DNA of 47,801 bases from an uncultured Hyphomicrobiales bacterium (GCA_964631625.1 CAZVZP010000001.1:1-47801); one strand, 5' to 3'. Positions 24,444 through 34,054 are shown, counted from the stretch's first letter. Program-made: numbers and translations. Notes: generated by a model from the sequence alone, not told the origin.

Positions 24444-25601
24444 ATGAACGATCGATTTGCGCCGCAACGTCCGTTCCGCTTCGCCGGCCGGGTCCTCTCC
24501 ACCGTCCTTCTTGCCCTCCTTGCGCTCGGCCACGCGGACGACGCCGGGGCCCAGGCGCGGATCAAGGACATCGCCGACTTCGAGGGTATTCGCGACAACA
24601 TGCTGGTGGGCTACGGCCTGGTGGTCGGCCTCAACGGCACGGGCGACAGCCTGGACAGCGCCCTGTTCACCAAGCAGAGCTTGGTCAGCATGCTCGAGCG
24701 GCTGGGCGTCAATACGCGCGATCAGGATATCGATACCGAGAACGTCGCCGCTGTGATGGTGACGACAACCCTGCCGGCCTTTGCCCGCCAGGGCTCGCGC
24801 ATCGACGTGACCGTGAGCTCGCTCGGCGACGCCTCGAGCCTGTTGGGCGGCACGTTGCTCGTGACGCCCCTGATGGGCGCCGACGGCGAGGTCTATGCCG
24901 TGGCGCAGGGGCCGATCACCGTCTCGGGCTTTTCCGCACAGGGGGCCTCGGGCTCCTCGACGACGAAGGGCGTCCCCACGAGCGGGCGGATCGCGAGCGG
25001 CGCGATCGTCGAGCGCGAGATCGGCTTCGAGCTCGCGCAACTGAGCTCGATCAAGGTCGCGTTGCGCAACCCGGATCTCACGACGGCGCGGCGCGTCGCC
25101 CAGGTCGTCAACGATCACTTCCAATCCGCGCTCGCCGATCCGCGCGATCCGTCCACGGTCGAGCTGCTCGTGCCCGAGACCTTTCAGAACAACGTGGCGC
25201 TGTTTTTGAGCGAAGTGGAGCAGCTCACGGTCGAAACCGACCAGGCCGCCAAGGTCGTCATCGACGACAAGGCGGGCGTGATCGTCATGGGGCAGAATGT
25301 ACGCATCCAGGAAGTGGCGATCGCCCACGGCAGCCTCACCATCCAGATCAACGAGGCGCCGCAGGTATCGCAGCCCGGCGCGTTCGCACCCGACAGCGCG
25401 ACGACCACCGTGGTGCCGCGCAGCCAGATCGGCATCGATCAGGGGCAGGGCAATCCGCTCGCGGTGTTGCCGCCGAGCGTGACGCTACAGGACCTCGTCA
25501 CCGGCCTCAATGCGCTCGGCATCGGTCCGCGCGACATGATCTCGATCCTCGAAGCGATCAAGGCCGCCGGCGCGCTGCAAGCCGAGATCGAGGTGATGTG
25601 A
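24444..25601 (+). CDS. flgI: Flagellar P-ring protein FlgI
   Basis: The track ORF is 24402..25601. ATG 24444 (MNDRF...) is preceded by AAAGG. Signal peptide, then RIKDIADFEGIRDNMLVGYGLVVGLNGTGD and a C-terminal LNALGIGPRDMISILEAIKAAGALQAEIEVM. Confidence 0.92.
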   Translation: MNDRFAPQRPFRFAGRVLSTVLLALLALGHADDAGAQARIKDIADFEGIRDNMLVGYGLVVGLNGTGDSLDSALFTKQSLVSMLERLGVNTRDQDIDTENVAAVMVTTTLPAFARQGSRIDVTVSSLGDASSLLGGTLLVTPLMGADGEVYAVAQGPITVSGFSAQGASGSSTTKGVPTSGRIASGAIVEREIGFELAQLSSIKVALRNPDLTTARRVAQVVNDHFQSALADPRDPSTVELLVPETFQNNVALFLSEVEQLTVETDQAAKVVIDDKAGVIVMGQNVRIQEVAIAHGSLTIQINEAPQVSQPGAFAPDSATTTVVPRSQIGIDQGQGNPLAVLPPSVTLQDLVTGLNALGIGPRDMISILEAIKAAGALQAEIEVM

Positions 25602-25909
25602 TGACGGCCGTCCCCGCCGCTCCGGGCGCCGAGCTGCTGCCCTCGGCCCGCGGCCAGGGCCTGACGACCGCGCAATGGGCCAAGGCGCGCCACGCCGCGA
25701 AGGAATTCGAGGCCGTGTTCCTGAGCGAGATGTTCAACGCCATGTACGCCGGCCTCTCGGCCGAGCCGCCGTTCGGTGGAGGACCTGCGGAACGGATCTT
25801 CCGCTCGCTGCTCATTCAGGAATACGCCGTCACTCTGGCCGAGCGGGGCGGCGTCGGCATAGCGGATGCCGTGCTCGATCAGCTCTTACGCGCGCAGGAG
25901 GCCAAATGA
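25601..25909 (+). CDS. Rod-binding protein (FlgJ N-terminal domain only; CheL-like)
   Basis: About 102 aa: AKEFEAVFLSEMFNAMY...RIFRSLLIQEYAVTLAERGGVGIADAV. No muramidase domain. Overlaps the flgI stop. Confidence 0.8.
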   Translation: MTAVPAAPGAELLPSARGQGLTTAQWAKARHAAKEFEAVFLSEMFNAMYAGLSAEPPFGGGPAERIFRSLLIQEYAVTLAERGGVGIADAVLDQLLRAQEAK

Positions 25910-26355
25910 CCGCGGCGACCGCCGACGCCTTCAACGACGTGCTCGAGACGTCGCTGCGCCTGAGTGATCTGATCACGGCGGAGGTCGCGTCGCTGCGCGC
26001 CATGCGCCCGCGCGACATCGCTCCGCTCCAGGAGGAGAAGGCCCATTTGGCCGCGCGCTACGACGAATCGCTCCGGCGCCTGCACCACGACCCCGAGTCC
26101 GTCAAGGCCGTCGATCCCGGCCGGCGCGATCAGCTGCGCCGTGCGATCGAGCGGCTGCGCGGCCTGGTGGGCGAAAACCTGCGCGCGATCGATGCGGCCC
26201 GCACCGTGAACGAAAAGGTCTTGATGACGATCGCCGAGGCGGTCGCCCGGCAACGCCGTCCGGCGCAGGGCTACACCGCGGCGGGCACCGACTCCGCGGT
26301 CCGTCCCGACGGGGACTCGCACGCCGTGCCCTTGAGCCTCAACGAGCGCGTCTGA
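25906..26355 (+). CDS. FlgN-like flagellar export chaperone (FlbY position)
   Basis: 149 aa, helical. ATGA overlap at 25906-25909. Sits immediately upstream of flgK-flgL. The FlgN-like N-terminus is LETSLRLSDLITAEVASLRAM...LQEEKAHLAARYDESL. Confidence 0.5.
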   Translation: MTAATADAFNDVLETSLRLSDLITAEVASLRAMRPRDIAPLQEEKAHLAARYDESLRRLHHDPESVKAVDPGRRDQLRRAIERLRGLVGENLRAIDAARTVNEKVLMTIAEAVARQRRPAQGYTAAGTDSAVRPDGDSHAVPLSLNERV

Positions 26356-26366
26356 GCGGGCCGACG

Positions 26367-28154
26367 ATGTCGATCACATTGGCCCTCTACAACGCGGTGA
26401 GCAGCCTGCAGGTCAACCAGATCGGCCTGTCGACGACCGCGCAGAACGTGAGCAATGCGAACACCGAAGGCTATTCGCGCAAGGTGTTGGCCGTCGAAAA
26501 TCGGATCGTCGATGGCCGCGGCGTTGCGGTCGACGTCTCGTCGATCTTCCGCGTGGTCGACCGCTTCCTTGTGGGCGAGATGCGCCGGCAGCTGAGCGAG
26601 TACAACAGCGCGCTCGCGGTCGACGACTTCTACACGCAGATGCAGAACCTGTTCGGCGCGCCCGGCAACAACTCCACCCTTTCGGCCGACCTGTCGCAGC
26701 TCACGAGCGCGCTCGAGGCCCTGTCGAGCACGCCGGAGAGCGCGGGCCTGCGCTTCGAGGTGATCGCCGCGGGCGAACGGATCGCGCGCAATATCGTCCG
26801 CCTCGCGCAGGACATTCAGACCTTGCGCCACCAGGCCGATCAGCAGATCAAGGCCGCCGTCGACGACATCAACGCGAAGCTCGAGGAGATCGAGACGCTC
26901 AACATCGAGATCAGCCGCGCGGTCGCCGAGGGACGCGAAGTTCCCGACCTCGAGGATCGCCGGGATCTGGCAGTCAACTCCATCGCAAACCTCATCGATC
27001 TCAACGTGGTCGCGCAGTCGAACGGCATGGTCGCCTTGCTCACGCAAAACGGCCATGTGCTGCTCGACGGCACCCGGCGGCTCCTCGACTACAGCCCCGC
27101 CTCCACCGTGACGCAGACCTCGACCTTCGACGCCATCACGATCTACTCGCTCGATGAGGACGGCGCAATCATCGGCGAGGGCGATGTGCTCGTGAGTTCG
27201 GGCAACAGCACGACCGTCGCGAGCGACGTCCTTTCGGGCAAGATCGAGGGGCTGCTGCAGGCCCGTGACCACGAGCTCTACGACCTCGCGCGGCAAGTCG
27301 AGGCCTACGCCGCCGCGCTCCGCGATCAGATCAATGCCGTCCACAACCAGGGCGTCGGCTTTCCCCCGCCCGCCTCGCTCACGGGCACGCGCACCGTGGC
27401 CGCCACCGATGCCTTCCAGGCCACGGGCTCGGTGCGCATCGCCGTGTTGGACGGCGACGGCCTCATCGTCACCGCGGCCGACATCGATCTCTTGGCGCTC
27501 GGCGCGACCACCGTGGCCGACCTGATCACGACGATCAACGCCGCGCTCGGCGGCGATGCCACGGCGTCGATCGTCAACGGCAAGCTTGTCATCGCTGCCA
27601 CCAACTCGGGCAATGGCATCGCAATCAACGACTCCGGCACGGCCGAGACCATGACGGGCCGGGGCTTCTCCCACTACTTCGGTCTGAACGATTTCTTCGT
27701 CGGCACGAGCGCCGCGACGCTCGCCGTGCGCTCCGACCTCGCGGACAACCCGAATTTCGTCTCGACCGCCATCCTGTCGATCACGGCCGCCGCCGGCGGG
27801 CGGGGCATCACCCGAGGCGACAACCGCGCCGTGGTCGCGCTCGCCGAGCTCATGGCAACACCGGTCGCTTTTCAGGCGGTCGGCGGTCTTCCCCAGGCCA
27901 ATCTGACCCTGAACGAGTTCGCCGGCGCGATCGTCGGCCTCAACGCGGTGCGCGCATCGAATGCGCAGGATACCCGTGCGGCCCGCGAGCTCCTGGCCGA
28001 GGACCTAGTCCATCGCGTGCAGTCGGTGTCGGGCGTCAACATCGACGAGGAGCTCGCCAAGCTCATCATCTTCCAAAACGCCTACAACGCGTCGGCCCAG
28101 ATCATCCGCATCGCCGACGAGATGTTCGAAACCCTGATCGGGATCCTCGAATAG
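26367..28154 (+). CDS. flgK: Flagellar hook-associated protein 1 FlgK
   Basis: 595 aa. The N-terminus is LQVNQIGLSTTAQNVSNANTEGYSRK. The C-terminus is LIIFQNAYNASAQIIRIADEMFETLIGI. Confidence 0.92.
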   Translation: MSITLALYNAVSSLQVNQIGLSTTAQNVSNANTEGYSRKVLAVENRIVDGRGVAVDVSSIFRVVDRFLVGEMRRQLSEYNSALAVDDFYTQMQNLFGAPGNNSTLSADLSQLTSALEALSSTPESAGLRFEVIAAGERIARNIVRLAQDIQTLRHQADQQIKAAVDDINAKLEEIETLNIEISRAVAEGREVPDLEDRRDLAVNSIANLIDLNVVAQSNGMVALLTQNGHVLLDGTRRLLDYSPASTVTQTSTFDAITIYSLDEDGAIIGEGDVLVSSGNSTTVASDVLSGKIEGLLQARDHELYDLARQVEAYAAALRDQINAVHNQGVGFPPPASLTGTRTVAATDAFQATGSVRIAVLDGDGLIVTAADIDLLALGATTVADLITTINAALGGDATASIVNGKLVIAATNSGNGIAINDSGTAETMTGRGFSHYFGLNDFFVGTSAATLAVRSDLADNPNFVSTAILSITAAAGGRGITRGDNRAVVALAELMATPVAFQAVGGLPQANLTLNEFAGAIVGLNAVRASNAQDTRAARELLAEDLVHRVQSVSGVNIDEELAKLIIFQNAYNASAQIIRIADEMFETLIGILE

Positions 28155-28163
28155 GAGAGGGCC

Positions 28164-29066
28164 ATGGAACGTATCGCCACGATCGGCCAGCAGACGTTCC
28201 TTCTGGGCAACATCATCGATGCCCAGGCGCGCATGTTCAACACCCAGACGCAGATCTCGACAGGCAAGCTCACCCAGTTCCACACCGATATCGCGCGCGA
28301 TACGACGCGGCTCTTGGATTTCGAGACCAACCTCGGGCGCACCGAGCAGTTCATTGCCAACAACAACCGCCTGACCGCGCGACTCGAGCGCATGGATTCG
28401 GCGTTGTCGGGCATGTTCGACGCCCTTTCCCGGCTCCGCCCGCTCCTCCTGCAGCGCCAGAACGCGGCCACCGGCGACGCCGGGGCCTTCGACGTCGAGT
28501 TCGAGAACCTGCTCGAGACGGTCGCGGGCCTCATGAACACTCGCGAGGACGGCCGCTACCTGTTCTCCGGGTCGATGACGAACGTCGCCCCGGTGGCCGA
28601 TCCAGTACCTGATCCCGCGGCCTTCGGCGTGCCCGATGCGACGTATTACCAGGGCGATTCCATCCAGCTCAGCGTGCGCGTGGACGTCGATTTTACCGTC
28701 AGCTACGGCATCGAGGGCGACCGGACCGGCTTCCAGAGGATGATCGGGGCCTTCAAGGCCGCGATCGAAGGCGTCGCGACGAACGACGCCGGAATGCTCG
28801 ATACCGCGATCGATCTGGCGAGCCAGGCGATCACCGATATCGCGAATTACCGCAACGAAGTGGGCTCGAACTTGAAGGTCGTGGACGAGACGACAAGCCG
28901 TCATCTCGACTTCAAGGTCTTCCTGCTCAATCAAATCGACTCGATCGAGAACGTCGACGTGACCCAGGCCGTCATCCGACTGACCAACGACCAGACGATC
29001 CTGCAGGCGTCCTTCATGACGCTCTCGCAATTGAGCCAGATCACGCTGGTCGAGTTCCTTCGTTAA
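28164..29066 (+). CDS. flgL: Flagellar hook-associated protein 3 FlgL
   Basis: 300 aa with flagellin-like N- and C-terminal helices (QISTGKL...; VDVTQAVIRLTNDQTILQASFMTLSQLSQITLVEFL). Confidence 0.85.
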   Translation: MERIATIGQQTFLLGNIIDAQARMFNTQTQISTGKLTQFHTDIARDTTRLLDFETNLGRTEQFIANNNRLTARLERMDSALSGMFDALSRLRPLLLQRQNAATGDAGAFDVEFENLLETVAGLMNTREDGRYLFSGSMTNVAPVADPVPDPAAFGVPDATYYQGDSIQLSVRVDVDFTVSYGIEGDRTGFQRMIGAFKAAIEGVATNDAGMLDTAIDLASQAITDIANYRNEVGSNLKVVDETTSRHLDFKVFLLNQIDSIENVDVTQAVIRLTNDQTILQASFMTLSQLSQITLVEFLR

Positions 29067-29117
29067 TTCCGCATTCACGATTCAACGGCAACCATCTCAC
29101 GAGAAAGGCGCAAGGCT

Positions 29118-29639
29118 ATGGCGACAGGTCTTCAAACGACGGCGGCTCAGCGTTCGGCGACCCCTGTGGAGGCGCTGCCCTCCCCTGCGGCGGAGAGCGA
29201 TGAGGTCGTCACGATCCATTCCCGGTACGGCGAGGTTCAGGTCCGCAAGAGCTCGATCGTGGTGCTTCCCGCCGGCCTGCTCGGTTTTCCGCAATGGCAG
29301 CGTTTCGCGCTGATCGACACCGAGGATCCGCGCTATGCGCAGTTCCGCCTGCTGCAGTCGGTGGACGAGCCGGAACTGTGCTTCATCGTCCTGCCGATCG
29401 CGCCGCGCAATGAGCTCATCGACTACGCCGACATCGAGGCCGCGTGCCGCATGATCGGGATCGGCACCGCCGAGCTCGCGGTTCTCCTTCTGGTTGCGGT
29501 CCGCAAGAGCGAAGAGACGGTCGAACTCACGGCAAACCTGCGCGCGCCGCTTCTGATCGATGCGGCCAGCTTCCGGGGCGCACAGCACGTGCTCGGCAAC
29601 GAGCGTTACCCCGTGCGTTTCCCGCTCTCCGGGGAATAG
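29118..29639 (+). CDS. fliW: Flagellar assembly factor FliW (CsrA antagonist / flagellin-binding protein)
   Basis: 173 aa: IHSRYGEVQVRKSSIVVLPAGLLGFPQWQRFALI...FRLLQSVDEPELCFIVLP...LTANLRAPLLID. Carries about 30 aa of N-terminal extension compared with typical FliW. Confidence 0.85.
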   Translation: MATGLQTTAAQRSATPVEALPSPAAESDEVVTIHSRYGEVQVRKSSIVVLPAGLLGFPQWQRFALIDTEDPRYAQFRLLQSVDEPELCFIVLPIAPRNELIDYADIEAACRMIGIGTAELAVLLLVAVRKSEETVELTANLRAPLLIDAASFRGAQHVLGNERYPVRFPLSGE

Positions 29640-29669
29640 GACGGACCACAAGCCCGCCGGAGCCAAGCC

Positions 29670-30941
29670 ATGCGCATCCATCGGCTCGCTCTCCTCGATC
29701 GCTTCGCCTGCGCTGGAGCCGAATGCCCGGATACCTGTTGCCGGGCCTGGACCATGGCCGTCGACGAACCGACCCTCGCGCGCTACCGCTCGGAGGCGCC
29801 GGAGCTCTTGAGAGCGGTGGTCGAGAGCCCCGAGGGTGCCGCGATGCAACGCAACGGCGAGGGCGACTGCTGCGTGATGCTCAAAGACGGTCTCTGCGGC
29901 ATCCAGATCGAACGCGGCGCGGCCTTTCTGGGCGACGCGTGCCACTTCTACCCGCGGGTGACCCGCCGGCTCGGCGAGCGGGTGCGCATGTCGGCATGCC
30001 TCTCCTGCCCGAGTATCGCGGAGATCGCGCTGTTCGATGAGGACGCGCCTCACTACCGCGAGCGCGAGGTGGAGCGGCTGCCCCACATCGTGCGCGATGT
30101 CCTGCCCCAGGGTCTCGATGCGCGGCGCGGGGAAGCGATCATCGACGACTTTCTCGCGCTCGCGGGCGATCCCACAGTTACGCCCGAGCGGGCCGTCGTG
30201 CGCATCGTGGACGTCGCCCAAGTCCTCTCGCACCAGCCGGTCGAACGCTGGCCCGACGGTGTGCCCTTCCTGATCGACTCGGTCGATGAGCGGCTCGCGG
30301 TGCCGACGTCCCGGCCGGAAGATGCCCACCGTCTTCTCCTCGCGCTCGCCGCGCTCGCCAAGGCGACCCGCCATCCCATGGGCGCGCGCTTCAAGACAAC
30401 CTTCGAGATTATGGAACGCGCGCTCGGCGTAAGGCTCGATTGGCAGACCTTCGCCCTTGAGAGGCGCGTCGAGGGCCCCGATCTCGATGCCGCCTATCCG
30501 CGCCTTGGCGTGCTTTGGCAATTCGCCCGCGCGCGCCTTGCGCCGGTTTTGCGACGGTGGGTGCAGGCCGAGCTCGACGCGATGAGCTTCCCCTTCGCCG
30601 GGCTCGGCGGCTCACCCGCCGAGCGGGCGGTTCTGCTGGCCATCCGTTTCGCCACCGTGCGTCTCGCCCTGATGAGCGCGGTCGCTGAGCACGGTCCCAC
30701 CCTCGAGCGCACGGTCATCGTGCGCACTGTGCAAAGCCTCTCCCGGCTGCTCGATCATCTGGCCGATCCCACGCTCTCGCTCGCCATCTACCGCGAAGCC
30801 GGCTGGGAGCACGTCAGCCGCTTGCGCGGCCTGCTCGGGGACGAGTCCGAGCCGTGCGAGGAGGAACGGCAAGAGCTGCCGCCTGCGGCCCACGCCCATA
30901 CTTCGCCCCCTTCCCCGCTGGCTTGGCCGGCCTCCGCGTGA
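29670..30941 (+). CDS. fliB: FliB-like flagellin lysine-N-methylase (Cys-rich YkgJ-type N-terminus)
   Basis: 423 aa. The N-terminal FACAGAECPDTCCRAWTMAVDE resembles the FliB motif (FxCxGxxCxxxCC.W). Further Cys clusters are GDCCVMLKDGLCGIQ and ACLSCP. SD GGAG lies 7 nt upstream. Confidence 0.6.
   Translation: MRIHRLALLDRFACAGAECPDTCCRAWTMAVDEPTLARYRSEAPELLRAVVESPEGAAMQRNGEGDCCVMLKDGLCGIQIERGAAFLGDACHFYPRVTRRLGERVRMSACLSCPSIAEIALFDEDAPHYREREVERLPHIVRDVLPQGLDARRGEAIIDDFLALAGDPTVTPERAVVRIVDVAQVLSHQPVERWPDGVPFLIDSVDERLAVPTSRPEDAHRLLLALAALAKATRHPMGARFKTTFEIMERALGVRLDWQTFALERRVEGPDLDAAYPRLGVLWQFARARLAPVLRRWVQAELDAMSFPFAGLGGSPAERAVLLAIRFATVRLALMSAVAEHGPTLERTVIVRTVQSLSRLLDHLADPTLSLAIYREAGWEHVSRLRGLLGDESEPCEEERQELPPAAHAHTSPPSPLAWPASA
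30867..30881. promoter_or_regulatory. Perfect CGGCA-N5-TGCCG dyad upstream of the TPR-GT operon sigma-54 promoter (inside the fliB-like 3' end)
   Basis: CGGCAagagcTGCCG. Its centre is about 129 bp upstream of the -24 GG at 31003. Confidence 0.4.
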
Positions 30942-31001
30942 GGCGGCAAGGAACCCGGCATCTCGGGAGCTTCGCCGCGCGCCTGCCACGGACGACGTCC
31001 C

Positions 31002-31017
31002 TGGCACGGCGCTTGCA
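31002..31017 (+). promoter_or_regulatory. Sigma-54 (-24/-12) promoter of the TPR-GT1 / GT8 / TPR-GT2 operon
   Basis: TGGCACggcgcTTGCA, a full match to TGGCAC-N5-TTGCA. Lies 19-40 nt upstream of the candidate starts. Confidence 0.7.
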
Positions 31018-31035
31018 TCGCACCGCACAGGTTGA

Positions 31036-33318
31036 GTGCGACTTGCGCGGGGCACCATGAGAGGCGGTCTTGCCGTCAATCCGAACGCACGCGGGCTTGC
31101 CACGCCCGATGCCGCCCCGCCTGCGACCGCATCCCGTCCCGAGGGAACCCCGGCCGAAGCCGCCTTTCGCGGCGTGCTCGAGCGCCATCCGGGCCAGCCG
31201 GACGTGCTCCATCTCTTAGGCTTGGCCGCCCTCGGGCAGGGCCGCGTCGCCGACGCGCTCGAGCTCATCGGACGGGCGCGCGAGCGCGCCTCGGACGTCG
31301 CCGAATATCACACCAGCTTTGGCCTCGCCCTGCTCGACGCCGGTCGGACCGCGGAGGCTGCGCAGGCGTTCGCCCAGGCCGCGGCACTCGATCGGGACTC
31401 GATCCGCCCTCTCGTCAACCTGGCCCACGCTCAGGAACGCCTGGGCGAGTTGCCGCAGGCGCTCGCGACCTACGCGCTCGCGCTCGAACGCGCGCCAAAC
31501 GACGCGGGGCTCCATGCCGGCATCGGCGGCGCACTTGCCCGTCTCGAGCGCACGAACGAGGCCTTGCGCCACCTCGCGCGGGCCGTCGAGCTCGACGGCA
31601 ATCTGCTCGCCGCTTGGCTCGTGCTCGGCGCCCTGCACGAGCAGCGCGAGGAGGCGCAAGCGGCCCACGACGCCTATCAGCGCGCCCGAGAGCTCGCGCG
31701 GCACGATCCCTCAATCCTCTGCGCGCTCGGCCGCGTCTGCGCCGCGCTGGGGCGCCTCGAGGAGGCAGCGGAGTGGTACGGCCGCGCGCTCATGCTCGAT
31801 CCGGGCCTCCCCGACGCGCGGCTCGGGCTTGCCGCCGTGCTTCATGCGGGCGCGCCCGAGAGCGCCGCCCGCGCTCGCCTGAGCTCAGCCCTCAACGCGC
31901 CGCCCGCGGGCGATCCGGCCGGCAGGACCGGAGAGCGCAAGGACCTCCGGGCGGATGCCGGACTCGAGGCCGAACGCAGCCTGCACCGTTTGCTTCTGCT
32001 CGAGCCCGACAACCTCGAGCTTGGTCTTGAGCTCGGACGGCACCTGCGCCGGCGAGGGCAAGCGGACGACGCCCTCGCGCATTATCAGTCGCTCATCGCC
32101 CGACACCCGCACTCGGCGCACGCCGAGAGCGCGCTCGCCCTCGTGCTCATCGGCGCGAACCGGCGCGAGGAAGCGCTCGCCCATATCGACCACGCCATGG
32201 CGCTCGAGCCGAAGTCGCCCGTAGCCCTCAACAACCTCGGCAGCTTGCGCCAAGAGCTTGGCCAGTTCGACGCGGCGCTCGAGGCCTACGAGCAGGCGCT
32301 CGCGCTGGCGCCCGAGTACGCCGAGGCCCACTACAACCGGGCACAGCTCCTGCTCCGCCTCGGCCGCTACGCCGAGGGTTGGCGCGAATACGACTGGCGC
32401 CTCGGGCTGCCCGCGAGCCGAGCGCTGCCGCGTCTGCCCGCCGATTGGGATGCGGTACGACCGGTCGGCCGCCGGGTCGCGGTCGTCGGCGAACAGGGTC
32501 CGGGCGACGTCGTGCTCTTCGCCCACTGCTTGTCCGATCTGATCGCGGATGCGCACGAGGTGTCGCTCCATGTGGAGCGCCGGCTCGTGCCCCTGTTCCG
32601 CCGTTCGTTTCCGGGGCTCGAGGTGAGCGATCGCAGGCCGCGGCGTGCCGCGGGTCAAGAGGGCGCGACGCTCGTTCTGCCCATCGGCTCGCTGCCGCGC
32701 ATCTACCGCAACAGCGAGGCCGACTTCGCCCGCGCACGCGCGCGCTACCTGACGCCCGATCCCGAACGAGTCGAGCATTGGCGCGCACGCCTCGCGGCCC
32801 TTGGCCCAGGCCCCAAGATCGGCCTGTCCTGGCGCGGCGGCAAGAGCCCCACGGAGCGGCGTCTGCGCGACACCGCGCTGGCCGACTGGGACCCGCTCTT
32901 TGCGGTGAGCGAGGCCCGCTTTGTCAATCTCCAGTACGACGCACGCCGAGGCGAGATCGAACAGGCCCGGCGCCGGCGCAACGCGAAGCTCGACACCTGG
33001 GACGACCTCGAGCTCATGCACGACCTCGACGAGCTCGTTGCCCTGATCGAGGCGCTCGACCTCGTGGTCTCCATGGCAAACACCACCGTCCACTTCGCCG
33101 GGGCGCTGAATAAGCCCGTGTGGATCCTCGTGCCGGCCGCTCCAAGTTGGCGTTGGCAGCACCAACGCGCGGATTCGCCGTGGTACCGCAGCGCGCGCCT
33201 CCTTCGTCAAACCATGGGCGAGCCGTGGTCCCGCTTCGCCGAACGGGTCGCGGCCGAGCTCGCCCGGCACCTGCACAACGTCTCGCAACGGTCCGATCCG
33301 AGGAGCGCCGTGTCATGA
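31036..33318 (+). CDS. TPR repeat + C-terminal GT9-like (heptosyltransferase-fold) glycosyltransferase, paralog 1 of 5
   Basis: 760 aa from GTG 31036; the alternative ATG 31057 gives 753 aa. N-terminal TPRs. C-terminal motifs are GEQGPGDVVLF, IGLSWRGG, LDLVVSMANTTVHFAGALNKPVWILVPAAPSWRW and SPWYRS. Confidence 0.8.
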   Translation: MRLARGTMRGGLAVNPNARGLATPDAAPPATASRPEGTPAEAAFRGVLERHPGQPDVLHLLGLAALGQGRVADALELIGRARERASDVAEYHTSFGLALLDAGRTAEAAQAFAQAAALDRDSIRPLVNLAHAQERLGELPQALATYALALERAPNDAGLHAGIGGALARLERTNEALRHLARAVELDGNLLAAWLVLGALHEQREEAQAAHDAYQRARELARHDPSILCALGRVCAALGRLEEAAEWYGRALMLDPGLPDARLGLAAVLHAGAPESAARARLSSALNAPPAGDPAGRTGERKDLRADAGLEAERSLHRLLLLEPDNLELGLELGRHLRRRGQADDALAHYQSLIARHPHSAHAESALALVLIGANRREEALAHIDHAMALEPKSPVALNNLGSLRQELGQFDAALEAYEQALALAPEYAEAHYNRAQLLLRLGRYAEGWREYDWRLGLPASRALPRLPADWDAVRPVGRRVAVVGEQGPGDVVLFAHCLSDLIADAHEVSLHVERRLVPLFRRSFPGLEVSDRRPRRAAGQEGATLVLPIGSLPRIYRNSEADFARARARYLTPDPERVEHWRARLAALGPGPKIGLSWRGGKSPTERRLRDTALADWDPLFAVSEARFVNLQYDARRGEIEQARRRRNAKLDTWDDLELMHDLDELVALIEALDLVVSMANTTVHFAGALNKPVWILVPAAPSWRWQHQRADSPWYRSARLLRQTMGEPWSRFAERVAAELARHLHNVSQRSDPRSAVS

Positions 33319-34040
33319 ATCCGAGAGAAATCCCGATCTTCGTCGGCTGGGACAGCCGGGAGGACATCGCCTACCAGGTGTGCCGCTATTCGGTTCTGCG
33401 GCGCGCCTCTGAGCCCCTCAAGGTGTTCGCGCTGCGTCAAAAGGCGTTGCGCTACCAGCGGCTCTATTGGCGCGACGCGGACCCCCTGGCCTCGACCGAG
33501 TTCACGTACACCCGCTTCCTCGTGCCGGCACTCGCCGATTACCGGGGGTGGGCGCTCTTCTGCGACTGCGACTTCCTGTTCCTCGCGGATGCGGTGGAAC
33601 TCCTCTCGCTTGCCGATTCGCGCTACGCCATGATGTGCGTGCATCACGATCACCGCCCGACCGAGCGCACGAAGATGGACGGCTGCGCGCAAACGATCTA
33701 TCCACGCAAGAACTGGTCGAGCCTGATGCTGATGAATTGCGCCCACCCGGCCAACCGCGCGTTGACGCCCCAGGTTGTGAACGGGCAGAGCGGCCAGTTC
33801 CTGCATCGCTTGCAGTGGCTCGACGATGCGCTCATCGGCCAATTGCCGGTGAGCTGGAACTGGCTCGAGGGCTGGTACCCCAAGCCCGACAGCGGAACGC
33901 CCAAGGCCGTGCACTTCACCCGCGGTGGCCCGTGGTTCTCAAACTGGCAGCACGTCGACTACGGCGAGTTGTGGCTCGCGGAGCGAGCCGAGTTCGAGCG
34001 CCAGATGGAGCGGCCGAGCGGGCGCATCGCCGCGGCTTGA
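33315..34040 (+). CDS. GT8-like (GT-A fold, DxD) glycosyltransferase
   Basis: 241 aa from ATG 33315, with an ATGA overlap onto the paralog 1 stop. Contains FTYTRFLVPAL...FCDCDFLF (DxD), HHDH and NWSSLMLMNC. Confidence 0.6.
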   Translation: MNPREIPIFVGWDSREDIAYQVCRYSVLRRASEPLKVFALRQKALRYQRLYWRDADPLASTEFTYTRFLVPALADYRGWALFCDCDFLFLADAVELLSLADSRYAMMCVHHDHRPTERTKMDGCAQTIYPRKNWSSLMLMNCAHPANRALTPQVVNGQSGQFLHRLQWLDDALIGQLPVSWNWLEGWYPKPDSGTPKAVHFTRGGPWFSNWQHVDYGELWLAERAEFERQMERPSGRIAAA

Positions 34041-34054
34041 ACCGCAAACCGTCC

